DNA from: Phaeosaccion multiseriatum
Lineage: Eukaryota; Protista; Ochrophyta, other classes
NCBI GenBank assembly: GCA_965112735.1
Contig: OZ218957.1
Location: 248,001-312,000, forward strand
Length of the DNA: 64,000 nt
Direction of reading: 5' to 3'
In this document: positions 25,496 to 59,451 of the stretch, piece after piece
Numbering within the stretch: position 1 is the stretch's first letter
Layout of the letters: each line of letters begins with the position of its first letter
Notes under the pieces: generated by a model
What the model saw: only the letters and a program-made list of their open reading frames with translations
Databases searched by the model: none
Told to the model about the DNA's origin: nothing
Position numbers and translations under genes: made by a program

Positions 25496-25724
25496 GAGAA
25501 CTTATTTTTGGTCCTTCTCAAAGCCTAGTCAGAAGAGTTTTTGAGAGGAGTGGCGCCAAAACTTGGGGTATTCGTTGCCATTGGGGTTCAATTTGACAGC
25601 AATTTTTAATTCAATTTTCTTTGTGTTGGAAAGCCGGGCCCGCCCGGCGCCCCGCAAAGCTTTAGAGCAAAAGTCCCCCACGCTCCAGCACGGAACAACC
25701 CATCCGCACAAGAGGTGGGGCGCT

Positions 25725-28700
25725 ATGACGGCGTTCTCCTTTTCGGCAGCTCTGCTCCTGCTGCTTCTGGTGGCGCCATCGAAAGGTGGGTGTGTATTGT
25801 TGACTTGCGCCCAAGAACCCAAGGAAGGAAAACCTCTCCCCCTCATTCCCCTGCAAAACTAGTCTATACTTGACTCAAGGCGCGATGGTGAGCTGGGCCA
25901 CAGTTTCCAGTGATGGCTGGTGCTGAACTAATTGAAGCGAAAACGCACGGCCCGGCCGGGCCTCGCGGCCAACCTCGCGTATGTTCCGTGCTTTTGTTTC
26001 ATCCCCCCCCCCCCCCAGTCGTGGACGCTGGGGCTGAGATCGTGGCCGATATTCCCGAGCCAAACCTTCGCGAGGGATGCTCCCCGCGATGTGTGAACAC
26101 TGCTGATGAAGGGCAATACAGATGCGATATCGATGCATCTGGGAACCTGCTCTGCAACACCTTCGAGCTCTCAGGTAACCCCTTCCTCTCTCTCTTTACC
26201 CCCAATAATCCCCCCTTCTCCCCTCCTTAGTACTACGTTTAACTGATTCATGTGGGCAACCCTGCCTGGCTGCTCGCCTTGCCTGCTTTGTGCTCATAGG
26301 ACCGCACACGTGCCACTTTCACTACTATACCGCCGATGAAGTCGTCCAATGCATGGCAGAGAAACGTGAGTGACTTCCTCCCCTCATCCCCTCCTGCGGG
26401 TGGGCATCGTCAGACACGAAATCAGACTCTCCACCCTGCCTCCCTTGAGGAGCATTGCGTGGCTGTGTGACTGCCTGCTGCCACTTAGCTACATCCTCTG
26501 CCTCTCTGTGACCGTCTATCATCTCTTCCTCCCCCTCGCTCTGTCTGTCGCTCCCTCCCTCTCCCTCTCCCTCCCTCTCCCTCTCCCCCTACCTCTTCCA
26601 CCCCCCCTGCGTGCCTCTCTCTCTCCCTGTCATCTGAGCAGGAAGCTCTGTGGGCAGCGACGCCCCCTACACCCTCATCGTTATGGGCTCCTCGGTTCTC
26701 ATGGGCAGCATTTTCACAGTCGCGCCGTGGGTGAGTGCGTGGGGCGGTTGGCCTTTTCTTCATGCCCAGCCAGAGAGGAGAAGAGCTCAAAGGGAGAACC
26801 GTACACGGGTGCTCTCCCTCCCTTCTTCCCTCCCTGTCCTCGCTCCCTCCCTGCCAAGGGAAGTCGACGGGAGGCGAACAGCACACGCACCCACCATCTG
26901 GTGCGCTTTATCCCTGACCTGCTGACTGACCGGTCCCTACCTCCCTCCCTACCTCCCTCCCTCCCTCTCTCCCTGTTGTCCCTCTTAGCTCGTCAATGAG
27001 ATCGACACTGACTTCGACTACCAGCCCTGGATGTTCGACCCACTCCCCCCACAGCCGAGCGCCAACCCAATGGACAACTGTGCCCAGATGGTCCTTGACG
27101 AGCAGCTCAGCCTCGTGGCAAAGAAGGCCGACGTGAACGAATCTCCCGAATGCGTGCAGGTGGGTTGCGTGAAGGAGTTTAGTGCATTCATGCTTCCCTC
27201 CCTCCTTACCTCCCGGGCCTCGACTCCCACGTGCGCTGGCGGTGAATCGCCGTGAAGGCTTCACCGTCTCTCCCTCCCTCCCTATATCCCCGTTGAACTC
27301 CCTTCTCTTTCACTTTCTCACCCCCCGCGCCAACCCCTACACTCCACAGGTGTACGAGCACAGCATGGCAGGGGACACCGCGGAATCGGGGGAGGCTTCC
27401 TTCCTCGGCGACGCCAGCATCGTGTGGGCCTCTGCGCCATCCCCTGACAAGATGCAGCAGCAACTTGACCTGCTCACAGAGGCAGGACGGGACCAGGACC
27501 ACGGGCATATGGTTCTGTACCTCGGGCTGTGGTACATCATCTGCCTGCAGGGGGGGGAGTGGGCCTGCAACCTCATGCCCGAGGGGGAGGACCTGAGGGA
27601 TTTGAGGGACGAGTCGCTTGCCGATCAAGTGTCCTTCTATGAGGGCAAGTACACTGCTTTGGTGCAGCGCATCCTCAGCGACTTCCCCAACTACGAACTG
27701 ACCATGACGGGGCTACGGCGGTACTCGGCCATCACCAGGGCCTACGATGACACCGTCAGCCAAGTAAGTCACTGAGTCAATGGACACACTCCATGAGACA
27801 AGTGACTGACTGACTGACTTACTGACTGACCCTCCCCTCTCCCCCCCGCCTCACTGTCCACCCCTCCGCTCCCCCGCCCTTCGCCCCGTGCACCTCCCTT
27901 CGTTCCCTCCCTCCTTGCCTGCCCCCTCAGCTTGCCGCGAGCAGCGGCGCCAATTTCCTCAACTTGCATGGAACCGCGCTGGGCAGGCCGAATCAGCCCG
28001 ATGACATCAGCAATCATCCCCCCCACGTGGTGAACCATTCCTTATTCCAACGCTACATGGCTCCCATCTGTGAGGGCACCAGCGTGGGGGAGGCGCAGGA
28101 GTGCGAGGAGGAGGTGAGTCAGTCAGCTGGTCGGTCAGTCAGACAGGCGGTCGGTCAGTCAGGTAGACAGTCAGTCGGTCAGTCAGTCAGGCCGTCCCGT
28201 TTGTCTTGTGGTCACCCGCCGCGCCCTTCCCATTCACGTGATGTATGTACCGCTCTTCCTCACCTCCCGCCCCCCCTCCTTCCTACGCACATTCCTGCGC
28301 ACTCTCTCCGTTGCTCTGGCCAGATGGTGGGTTCCCCCGGCTGCCAAACCGAGACGTACGACAACCCTGACGACAATTGGTTCGAGCAGTACAGCCGCGG
28401 TTGCGATATCAAGACCTTTACGTCGCCCCTCGGCAGCACGCTCCCCCCCGTCGTCGACGTGTCGGCGTGCCCCCTCAACACGCCCAATCTGTTCCTCAAC
28501 CCCAACTTGGACGGGAGCTTAGAGCCCTGGACGAGCTTCGCTCTGCTCTCTGGTGTGCTGGACGGCTCCATTACCCACGTTACGGAGGCCGGCGATGGAG
28601 GCGCTCGCTTCACCATTAACACCGCCGGGACTGCCGACTGGCACATGCAGTTCTTTCAAGTGATGCCTCCTGAGGACCTCACGTTGGGCGAGACCATGAC

Positions 28701-31700
28701 GGTGAGCTTCGAAGTGACGGCCGAAGAGGGGGAGGAGGGAAGTACCCGGGCGGTCTTCCCGTACATTCAGCAGGCTGGGGCCCCGTGGATGGCATTCGCG
28801 TCGGTGCCTTGTGAAGTAAGCCCCTCGGGCCCGACCACATGCAGCGTCACTGCAACTCTGACGGACGTTACAGTGCCTGTCAAGTTCGGTATCCAGGGGG
28901 GAGCGTCTGACGTCGACTTTACGGTGCACGGAGCTTCGCTGTGTCGCATGGATGACACCGTCGGATCCCCTGCACCTACGCCTGCGCCTACACCTGTGGA
29001 GACTGACCCTCCTGACACCGTCGGATCCCCTGCACCTACGCCTGCGCCTACACCTGTGGAGACTGACCCTCCTGACACCGTCGGATCCCCTGCACCTACG
29101 CCTGCGCCTACACCTGTGGAGACTGACCCTCCTGACACCGTCGGATCCCCTGCACCTACGCCTGCGCCTACACCTGTGGAGACGGACCCTCCTGACACCG
29201 TCGGATCCCCTGCACCTACGCCTGCGCCTACACCTGTGGAGACGGACCCTCCTGACACCGTCGGATCCCCTGCACCTACGCCTGCAGCCTTCGACCCCTC
29301 CTGCCCCCTCAACACGCCCAATCTGTTCCTCAACCCCAACTTGGACGTGAGCTTGGTGCCCTGGACGAGCTTCGCTCTGCTCTCTGCGGGTGTGCTGGAC
29401 GGCTCCATTACCCACGTTACGGAGGCCGGCGATGGAGGCGCTCGCTTCACCATTAACACCGCCGGGACTGCCGACTGGCACATGCAGCTCTTTCAAGTGC
29501 TGCCTCCTGAGGACCTCACGTTGGGCGATACCATGACGGTGAGCTTCGAAGTGACGGCCGAAGAGGGGGAGGAGGGAAGCACCCGGGCGGTCTTCCCGTA
29601 CATTCAGCAGCTCGAGGCCCCGTTCAGGCCGTTTGTGTCGGGGCCTTGTGAAGTAAGCCCCTCGGGCCCGACCACATGCAGCGCCACTGCAATTCTGACG
29701 GACGTTACAGTGCCTGTCAAGTTCGGCATCCAGGGAGGAGCGTCTGACGTCGATTTCACGGTGCACGGAGCTTCGCTGTGTCGCATGGATGACACCGTCG
29801 GATCCCCTGCACCTACGCCTGCGCCTACACCTGTGGAGACGGACCCTCCTGACACCATCGGATCCCTTGCACCTACGCCTGCGCCTACACCTGTAGAGAC
29901 TGACCCTCCTGACACCGCAGGATCCCCTGCACCTACGCCTGCGCCTACACCTGTGGAGACGGACCCTCCTGACACCGTCGGATCCCCTGCACCTACGCCT
30001 GCGCCTACACCTGTGGAGACGGACCCTCCTGACACCGTCGGATCCCCTGCACCTACGCCTGCGCCTACACCTGTGGAGACGGACCCTCCTGACACCGTCG
30101 GATCCCCTGCACCTACGCCTGCGCCTACACCTGTGGAGACGGACCCTCCTGACACCGTCGGATCCCCTGCACCTACGCCTGCGCCTACACCTGTGGAGAC
30201 TGACCCTCCTGACACCGTCGGATCCCCTGCACCTACGCCTGCGCCTACACCTGTGGAGACGGACCCTCCTGACACCGTCGGATCCCCTGCACCTACGCCT
30301 GCAGCCTTCGACCCCTCCTGCCCCCTCAACACGCCCAATCTGTTCCTCAACCCCAACTTGGACGAGAGCTTGGTGCCCTGGACGAGCTTCGCTCTGCTCT
30401 CTGCGGGTGTGCTGGACGGCTCCATTACCCACGTTACGGAGGACGGCGATGGAGGCGCTCGCTTCACCATCACCACCGCCGGGACTGCCGACTGGCACAT
30501 GCAGCTCTTTCAAGTGCTGCCTCCTGAGGACCTCACGTTGGGCGAGACCATGACGGTGAGCTTCGAAGTGACGGCCGAAGAGGGGGAGGAGGGAAGCACT
30601 CGGGCGGTCTTCCCGTACATTCAGCAGCTCGAGGCCCCGTTCAGGCCGTTTGTGTCGGGGCCTTGTGAAGTAAGCCCCTCGGGCCCGACCATATGCAGCG
30701 CCACTGCAATTCTGACGGACGTTACAGTGCCTGTCAAGTTCGGCATCCAGGGAGGAGCGTCTGACGTCGATTTCACGGTGCACGGAGCTTCGCTGTGTCG
30801 CATGGATGACACCGTCGGATCCCCTGCACCTACGCCTGCGCCTACACCTGTGGAGACGGACCCTCCTGACACCATCGGATCCCTTGCACCTACGCCTGCG
30901 CCTACACCTGTAGAGACTGACCCTCCTGACACCGCAGGATCCCCTGCACCTACGCCTGCGCCTACACCTGTGGAGACGGACCCTCCTGACACCGTCGGAT
31001 CCCCTGCACCTACGCCTGCGCCTACACCTGTGGAGACTGACCCTCCTGACACCGTCGGATCCCCTGCACCTACGCCTGCGCCTACACCTGTGGAGACGGA
31101 CCCTCCTGATACCGTCGGATCCCCTGCACCTACGCCTGCGCCTACACCTGTGGAGACTGACCCTCCTGACACCGTCGGATCCCCTGCACCTACGCCTGCG
31201 CCTACACCTGTGGAGACTGACCCTCCTGACACCGCCGGATCCCCTGCACCTACGCCTGCAGCCTTCGACCCCTCCTGCCCCCTCAACACGCCCAATCTGT
31301 TCCTCAACCCCAACTTGGACGAGAGCTTGGTGCCCTGGACGAGCTTCGCTCTGCTCTCTGCGGGTGTGCTGGACGGCTCCATTACCCACGTTACGGAGGA
31401 CGGCGATGGAGGCGCTCGCTTCACCATTAACACCGCCGGGACTGCCGACTGGCACATGCAGCTCTTTCAAGTGCTGCCTCCTGAGGACCTCACGTTGGGC
31501 GATACCATGACGGTGAGCTTCGAAGTGACGGCCGAAGAGGGGGAGGAGGGAAGCACTCGGGCGGTCTTCCCGTACATTCAGCAGCTCGAGGCCCCGTTCA
31601 GGCCGTTTGTGTCGGGGCCTTGTGAAGTAAGCCCCTCGGGCCCGACCATATGCAGCGCCACTGCAATTCTGACGGACGTTACAGTGCCTGTCAAGTTCGG

Positions 31701-33372
31701 CATCCAGGGAGGAGCGTCTGACGTCGATTTCACGGTGCACGGAGCTTCGCTGTGTCGCATGGATGACACCGTCGGATCCCCTGCACCTACGCCTGCGCCT
31801 ACACCTGTGGAGACGGACCCTCCTGACACCGTCGGATCCCCTGCACCTACGCCTGCGCCTACACCTGTGGAGACTGACCCTCCTGACACCGTCGGATCCC
31901 CTGCACCTACGCCTGCGCCAACACCTGTGGAGACTGACCCTCCTGACACCGTCGGATCCCCTGCACCTACGCCTGCGCCTACACCTGTAGAGACTGACCC
32001 TCCTGACACCGTCGGATCCCCTGCACCTACGCCTGCGCCAACACCTGTGGAGACTGACCCTCCTGACACCGTCGGATCCCCTGCACCTACGCCTGCGCCA
32101 ACACCTGTGGAGACTGACCCTCCTGACACCGTCGGATCCCCTGCACCTACGCCTGCGCCTACACCTGTAGAGACTGACCCTCCTGACACCGTCGGATCCC
32201 CTGCGCCTACGCCTGCGCCTACACCTGTGGAGACGGACCCTCCTGACACCGTCGGATCCCCTGCACCTACGCCTGCGCCTACACCTGTGGAGACGGACCC
32301 TCCTGACACCGTCGGATCCCCTGCACCTACGCCTGCGCCTACACCTGTGGAGACGGACCCTCCTGACACCGTCGGATCCCCTGCACCTACGCCTGCAGCC
32401 TTCAACCCCTCCTGCCCCCTCAACACGCCCAATCTGTTCCTCAACCCCAACTTGGACGAGAGCTTGGTGCCCTGGACGAGCTTCGCTCTACCCTCGGGTG
32501 TGCTGGACGGCTCCATTTCCCACGTTACGGAGGAAGGCGATGGAGGCGCTCGCTTCACCATTAACACCGCCGGGACTGCCGACTGGCACATGCAGCTCTA
32601 TCAAGTGCTGCCTCCTGAGGACCTCACGTTGGGCGAGACCATGACGGTGAGCTTCGAAGTGACGGCCGAAGAGGGGGAGGAGGGAGCGGTCTACCCGTAC
32701 ATTCAGCAGGCCGCCTTCCCGTGGATGGCATTCGCGATGGGGCCTTGTTGGGTAAGCCCCTCGGGCCCGACCACATGCACCGCCATTGCAACTCTGACGG
32801 ACGTTACAGTGCCTGTCAAGTTCGGCATCCAGGGGGGAGCGTCTGACGTCGACTTTACGGTGCACGGAGCTTCGCTGTGTCGCATGGATGACACCGTCGG
32901 ATCCCCTGTGAACGTCCTGTTCGTGAATCCGGACTTCACAGATGGCCCTCTGAACAATTGGGTTCCGTTTGTGTACATAGGCTCTGCCCCCGGTGTGGAG
33001 GGCGCGTGGACTTTCAGCGACGACGGCGTTGAACTCAACATTCTCGCCGTGGCGGAGGGCCCGACAGAGAGCTGGCACGCGCAGATGCACCAGGACTTTT
33101 ACCTCAGCGGCGTCGGAGTGGGTACATACAGGGTTGCTTTTGAGGTGTCGGCGCCGGACGGGGACTTCCCCATCGACGTGTACGCACAGCAGTCGCAGGG
33201 TCCCTACAGGGTCTTCGGTAGCAACAAGTGCATGGCTAAGCAGGAGCGAGCGTGGTGCGTTGCAGAGGCGGAGGTGGATGACGTGTCGGGCTTGATCAAG
33301 TTCGGTGCACAGGGTGGTGACAACGTCGGTAAGGTGGTGCTACACAGAGCGGCGCTTTCCAAGATAGCCTGA
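25725..33372 (+). CDS. Secreted SGNH/PC-esterase-like protein with six CBM4/9-like modules and Pro/Thr mucin-like linkers, paralogue B (8 exons, last exon 28324-33372)
   Basis: Same exon/intron structure as 19398-23583. The last exon encodes five type-A modules separated by (DTVGSPAPTPAPTPVETDPP)n linkers, plus one type-B module ending AALSKIA*. Confidence 0.82.
28954..32398 (+). repeat. Coding 60-bp minisatellite in four blocks (5, 8, 7 and 10 full units), interleaved with ~490-bp CBM module repeats
   Basis: Unit gacaccgtcggatcccctgcacctacgcctgcgcctacacctgtggagac(t/g)gaccctcct, counted line by line. Confidence 0.97.
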
Positions 33373-33680
33373 GACGGAAATTTTGTACTGGATGGTCATC
33401 CCCTAAGGTGGTAACATTTTCGTGGTACACGGGCATAGCCAAGAGGAGATGCTGAGGGACGTCGCTGTTAGCGCTCCTGAGGAGTGACTCGATTCGCCCC
33501 ATGTCTCGGCCTCGGCCACAGCTTTGTCAAAGTGCCAACCACAATTTTGATTTAGTAATATTAGTAAAGCGTGTACAATAAACGGAGAAGATGGCCTGTG
33601 TACATTGCGGAGGCGTGATTTATCCGCTCCAAATACCTTACAAGTCTCCGTGGACTGCCATCCTACCCATCCTGCCTATC

Positions 33681-35457
33681 CTACATGAGGGTGGGGAAGG
33701 GTGCGGTGGTCCCCTCGCGATAGTGGCGAGGCACCGCCTCCCCCCAGGCATCCTCTCCGACGGTCTGGCGGCAGATGGGGCAGCACGTGCCCTGCCGATA
33801 GAGCCATTCGCCGATGCAGTCTCGGCAGAACAGGTGGCCACAGTCCAGCCGCGCCGTCGCTCGGGCCCGAGCACTGAGGGCCTCGTGACAAATGCTGCAG
33901 TCGGGGTCAGCAGCGCCCGCCACCTCCTGAGGGGTGGCCAATCGACCGCGGTGTCCTGACACCAGCCCCCCGCTACAGCAGCCCCACCCTGCGAGAGCAA
34001 CCCCCTTGCCGAGGCGACACACCTGTCCCCCCTTCAGCGCCATGTAGACAAGCAGCAGCGAGTAGTCTAGCCACAATGCCTCGCCCTTCAAGGGGTCGGG
34101 CTTGGAGTCGTGGGTGAGCAGGTAGGCCCCCCACAGCGGCACAGGCAGCAGCGAGCGGTAGAGGGTAGACGCCATCTCCAGCAGGGCAAGGGTGCGGAGT
34201 TTCACCACTGGTGACCCCGGGGGGGCTCCCCTTCCTCCAGCCCTCCTCTCCCCTCCCTCTCCTCGCAGCCACGTTGCCCTCGTCTCTCCTCGCAGCCAGG
34301 CCAGCGAGGGCAGAGAGGATGGCAAGAGTCCTGACACCAGCAGCGCCTTGGCGGCCACCACTAAACACCTCGCCAGCAGGTCGGTGAAGTAAACGGACCG
34401 CGCCACGTCGAGGAAGGCAGCAGAGGGCAAGGGGAAGCTCCTCGAAACCGGCAGTAGCGCCAGCCTGCGCCACAAGCCCGTCAAAGGCCGTACTTGCAAG
34501 CCTTGCAAACTGTTGCTGTTGTTGCTGCTGCTGCCCATGAGCCATGCCAAGACGGTGCCGGTGTCGCTGTCGCTGCCGCCGCTGCTGTCATTGGGGCCAG
34601 AGGAGAGGAGCATGTATGTGCAGACGCAGGCGTACAGGGCACAGAGCCCGAGGTGGAGCAACCCCTGTCCCAAGCGATACCGAGCGGAGCCGCCGCGCCC
34701 TCCCTGCAGGGAGGGGAGGGGGGAGGGGAAGGGCTGTTACGCCAGCACAAATAGGCCCAGCAAGGAGAGTACAGAGGGTAGTAGACTACCCCGCCGCTTG
34801 CGTGCCCCTCCTCGCTCCATCTAACTGCTCCCACCTACCGGACCCCTCCACCATCTCTGCCCACTCTCCCCTCTCACTCCCGGCCCACACACATCCACTG
34901 CCATCCCTCCACCACCGCACCTGCTGGACCACGTGCTGGTCGAGGGAGACAAGTAGGGGGAGACCGGCCAAAACGAGCACCACAGTTCCGATCCGCCTGT
35001 ACAGAAAGCGAACGAAGAGGAGAGCCACCATCTGTCCAATGGGACCCATGTTGTCACGCTCTTGCGCGACCCTAACCCCCCCCCCCCCTTGCTGCAGCGC
35101 CTGCTCTTCTTGGCGGTGCCGCTGCTGCCTCCGGAGGTCACGGAGCTCGACGAGCGACGTCGCGAGTTCCTGCTCCCGCTGCCTCACAAGCGCGGCAAGC
35201 TCTGCCTCGAGCCGGTGCCTCCGTTCTTCTTCCAGCGGTTCCCGTACCGCTACGGCGGAGTTTTCCTGCTGGGCATCACTTCTGTTCCCGCCACCCCCGT
35301 CGTTGACACCCGTGCTCCCTTGGTCATTGCCGCCCTCCCTGCCCGGCTGTTGCTCCTGCTGCTGCCGCTGCTGCCTGTACATCACCACGAGCTCATCTCT
35401 TTTGTACCCTTGCCCTCCATGCTTGCGCACAAAATCGGTGAAGGCGTTCCGGCCCAT
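33681..35457 (-). CDS. RNFT1/RNFT2-like multi-pass membrane RING E3 ubiquitin ligase (exons 35457-34921, 34703-33681)
   Basis: C3HC4 RING CSICHE...LDCGHLFCRDCIGEWL...CCPICR. Family-like segments LEMASTLYRSLLPVPLW and C-terminal YREGTT. Several TM helices. Phase-0 GT-AG intron. The start codon is inferred. Confidence 0.85.
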
Positions 35458-35689
35458 CCTCTCTATACTACATCAATCGTTTTCCTTTTTGCCGAAGGCG
35501 GGCTTTGGCTTTGGGTGCTGCGTCTCCTCTGCTTTTTCCTACCCTGCCTGGGTCTTCTTCCTACCTGTGTTCTTCCTGCGGTGGCGGTGGTCTTTGACAG
35601 GGGTCTTTATGAGCGGGAGGGGAAGAAACACGTTGAGGAGGTTGAGGTTCCGGGAGGAAAAAAAAAATCAATTGACTTCAGAAAACTGA

Positions 35690-35754
<65 letters not shown>

Positions 35755-35962
35755 GCCATATAATCCAGCGACTGATCGAAGATCTCATCGATCTCGTCTT
35801 CGAACAAAACACGAAGCAGAAACTTTATTCAATCTTGTTATAGAGTTCGCTCCGAAGCCCCCCCAGGCTTCTATCACCTCCCTCCCCCGGCCCCTCCCAC
35901 CCGCGTCTCAGGCAGGGCAGGCTCAAGCCTCACCCCCTCGCTCCCCGTCCTTGTGGCTGGGG

Positions 35963-36012
35963 CCTCAGCCTCAGCCTCAGCCTCAGCCTCAGCCTCAGCC
36001 TCAGCCTCAGCC

Positions 36013-36018
<6 letters not shown>
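35963..36018 (-). repeat. (GGCTGA)9 hexamer repeat whose first TGA is the EML stop codon
   Basis: TCA on the + strand at 35965 and every 6 nt up to 36013. Confidence 0.9.
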
Positions 36019-57515
<21,497 letters not shown>

Positions 57516-57884
57516 GGTGTGGCCTTGCCGATTTCCGACTATCTATCAATCTCAACCCTTTTCTCGGCTGCCTCCTTCTCGCATCCAGAGCGCTGGTCGC
57601 GCGCGATTGACGCCCGGTCTCTTCTTCTGCACCTCTTACTTCTCCTGTAGAGGATGCAGCGTGTGTCTGTCCTGAGCAAAAAATCCAAAATCAACGGTCC
57701 GATCGAAGCCGAAACTGAAACTACTTCGATGGTACTTCACGGCAAACCCCCCCCCCCCCCTTTCAATCATCCCTCCTCAATTCCCCTTTCCGGACAACTC
57801 GCTTCCGATCCACAGCTAGAAGGGTTGGAAGATATCAGGTTGCAGCAAGGAAGAGAGGAGAGCAGTGTCTCCAGTGAGCAGAAG

Positions 57885-59096
57885 ATGATCTCTCGGAAGC
57901 GTCCTCGGGAGGGCGCGGGAGGGGCACCACCCAGGGCGGGAGAGGAGGGCCCTGCAGAGCTAGGAGTAGAGAGGACGGCGCAAAGAAAAGCCAAAGACGC
58001 AAAGGAAGGCGCTGCCACTGCGAAGAGAAGTTCGAAGGAGGCGCTGGCGAGCCGGCCGAATAAGAACTGCCCCGTGGAGATGAGCAGCAAGAGGCCTGTG
58101 AAGAGGGCGAGGGAGGTGGTGGAGGTGAAGAACAGGAAGGTGCGGGACCCGCGCTTCCAAGAGGGAAGCGGCACGCTCAACTACGACATGTTCCGGAAGG
58201 TACGGTGGTGGAGGAGGAGGAGGAGGAGGAGGAGGAGGAGGGGGGGGGGGGTGCATCGCTCAATGATCCTTTCCTTTCTCGCATGCCCTGCTTTGTGTCG
58301 GCCGCTGCCCGTGTCCGTGCGTGCAGGCGTATACTTTTCTGGAGTCGTATGAAGACGCGGAGCTCGAGGCCCTCAAGAAGTCTCTCAAAAAGGTTAGCAG
58401 CGCAAGTGCCATCACCAGAAGCAAGGGTTGGGAGGAGAGAAATATACATCCGTTACCCCCCCCCTCCCCCCTCCCCTTCTTCCTGCCCCTTCCGTCCTTG
58501 CCCGCATTTGTTCTTGGGACGCATCCATTGAATGAACGCATGAAGCAGTCACACGTGGCGAAGAGTCCCTTGAGGGAGAGGCGTTGGCTGGCCTCTGCCC
58601 CCCGCTTACAATCGTTCGGATTACGTTCTCTCCCCTCCCCCTCCTCCCTCTCTCTCTACCTCTGTTCGGGCCTGCCCAGGGCAAGGGCAAAGGGAAGGGC
58701 GGAGAGCAGGCGGCCCAGATGACGGCTGTGATCAATCAGATTAAGCAGCAGAAGCGCGAGCGGAGCCAAGCAGACGCAACTCGCCTGCAGCGGCACCGCG
58801 TCAAGAAGGAGGAGCGTGAGAAGGTGGCGGAGGGCAAGACGCCCTTCTTCCAGAAGAAATCGGAGCAGAAGCAAGCGGCGCTGCAGCTGCGCTTCCAGGA
58901 GCTCAAGGAATCGGGAAGGCTCAAAAAGACGCTCGAGAAGAAGAGGAAGAAGAACGCCGCCAAGGATCACAGATGGTTGCCGGGGCAGCGCAGAACCAAC
59001 GCTGGATCACCAACTGCTGGGGAGGGGGGAGGGGGGCGGAGGCGCGGAGGCGAGCACGGAGACGGGGACGGAGACGGCCCTCCCTTGGGGACGTGA
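57885..59096 (+). CDS. RRP36: rRNA biogenesis protein RRP36 (DUF947); exons 57885-58199, 58327-58392, 58680-59096
   Basis: Motifs KNCPVEMSSKRPV, RDPRF, FRKAYTFL, EREKVAEGKTPFFQKKSE, LEKKRKKNAAKD. Two phase-0 GT-AG introns. An upstream in-frame ATG (57654 or 57729) is possible. Divergent from EML. Confidence 0.92.
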
Positions 59097-59242
59097 GTCA
59101 TGCCGAGAAAGGGGGGGGGCTGCTCAGATTGGAGCCTGGGACCTGCGGGTGCCCTTACCCTCGCTCACCAGCTTTGCCGGCTTGGGCTTGCCAGGACAAA
59201 CATGAGGTTAAGGTTGAAGCATGAGCACAGAGGGAGCAATGA

Positions 59243-59451
59243 ATGGGATTGAAGGCGAAGAGTAGACTTGATTCGCGTTGTCTCTTTCCGCCTCGCCTGC
59301 CCTGCGAGGAGTGCATGCCCAGACCTACAGGTGTGCTGCTACCCACTGGCTGGGCGGTCCCACGCACGCGCCCACGGTCACAGGGAGGCTGCCTAGAGGC
59401 TGCCTAGAGGCGGGCTAGAGGTCGCTTAGGACTGAAGAGTGAGCGGCCTAG
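59243..59451 (-). repeat. Interspersed CTAG-rich repeat, copy 2 (inverted relative to 4023-4218)
   Basis: Alignment by eye; carries an internal duplication of ctaggcagcct. Confidence 0.85.

Noticed and set aside
27964-28323. Listed start of the 1802-aa ORF
   Set aside because: It begins inside exon 7 and reads through intron 7; the true start is the signal-peptide exon at 25725.
28519-31740. 1073-aa Arg-rich antisense ORF
   Set aside because: Shadow of the GC-rich repetitive sense exon; the repeat unit lacks stops in that frame.
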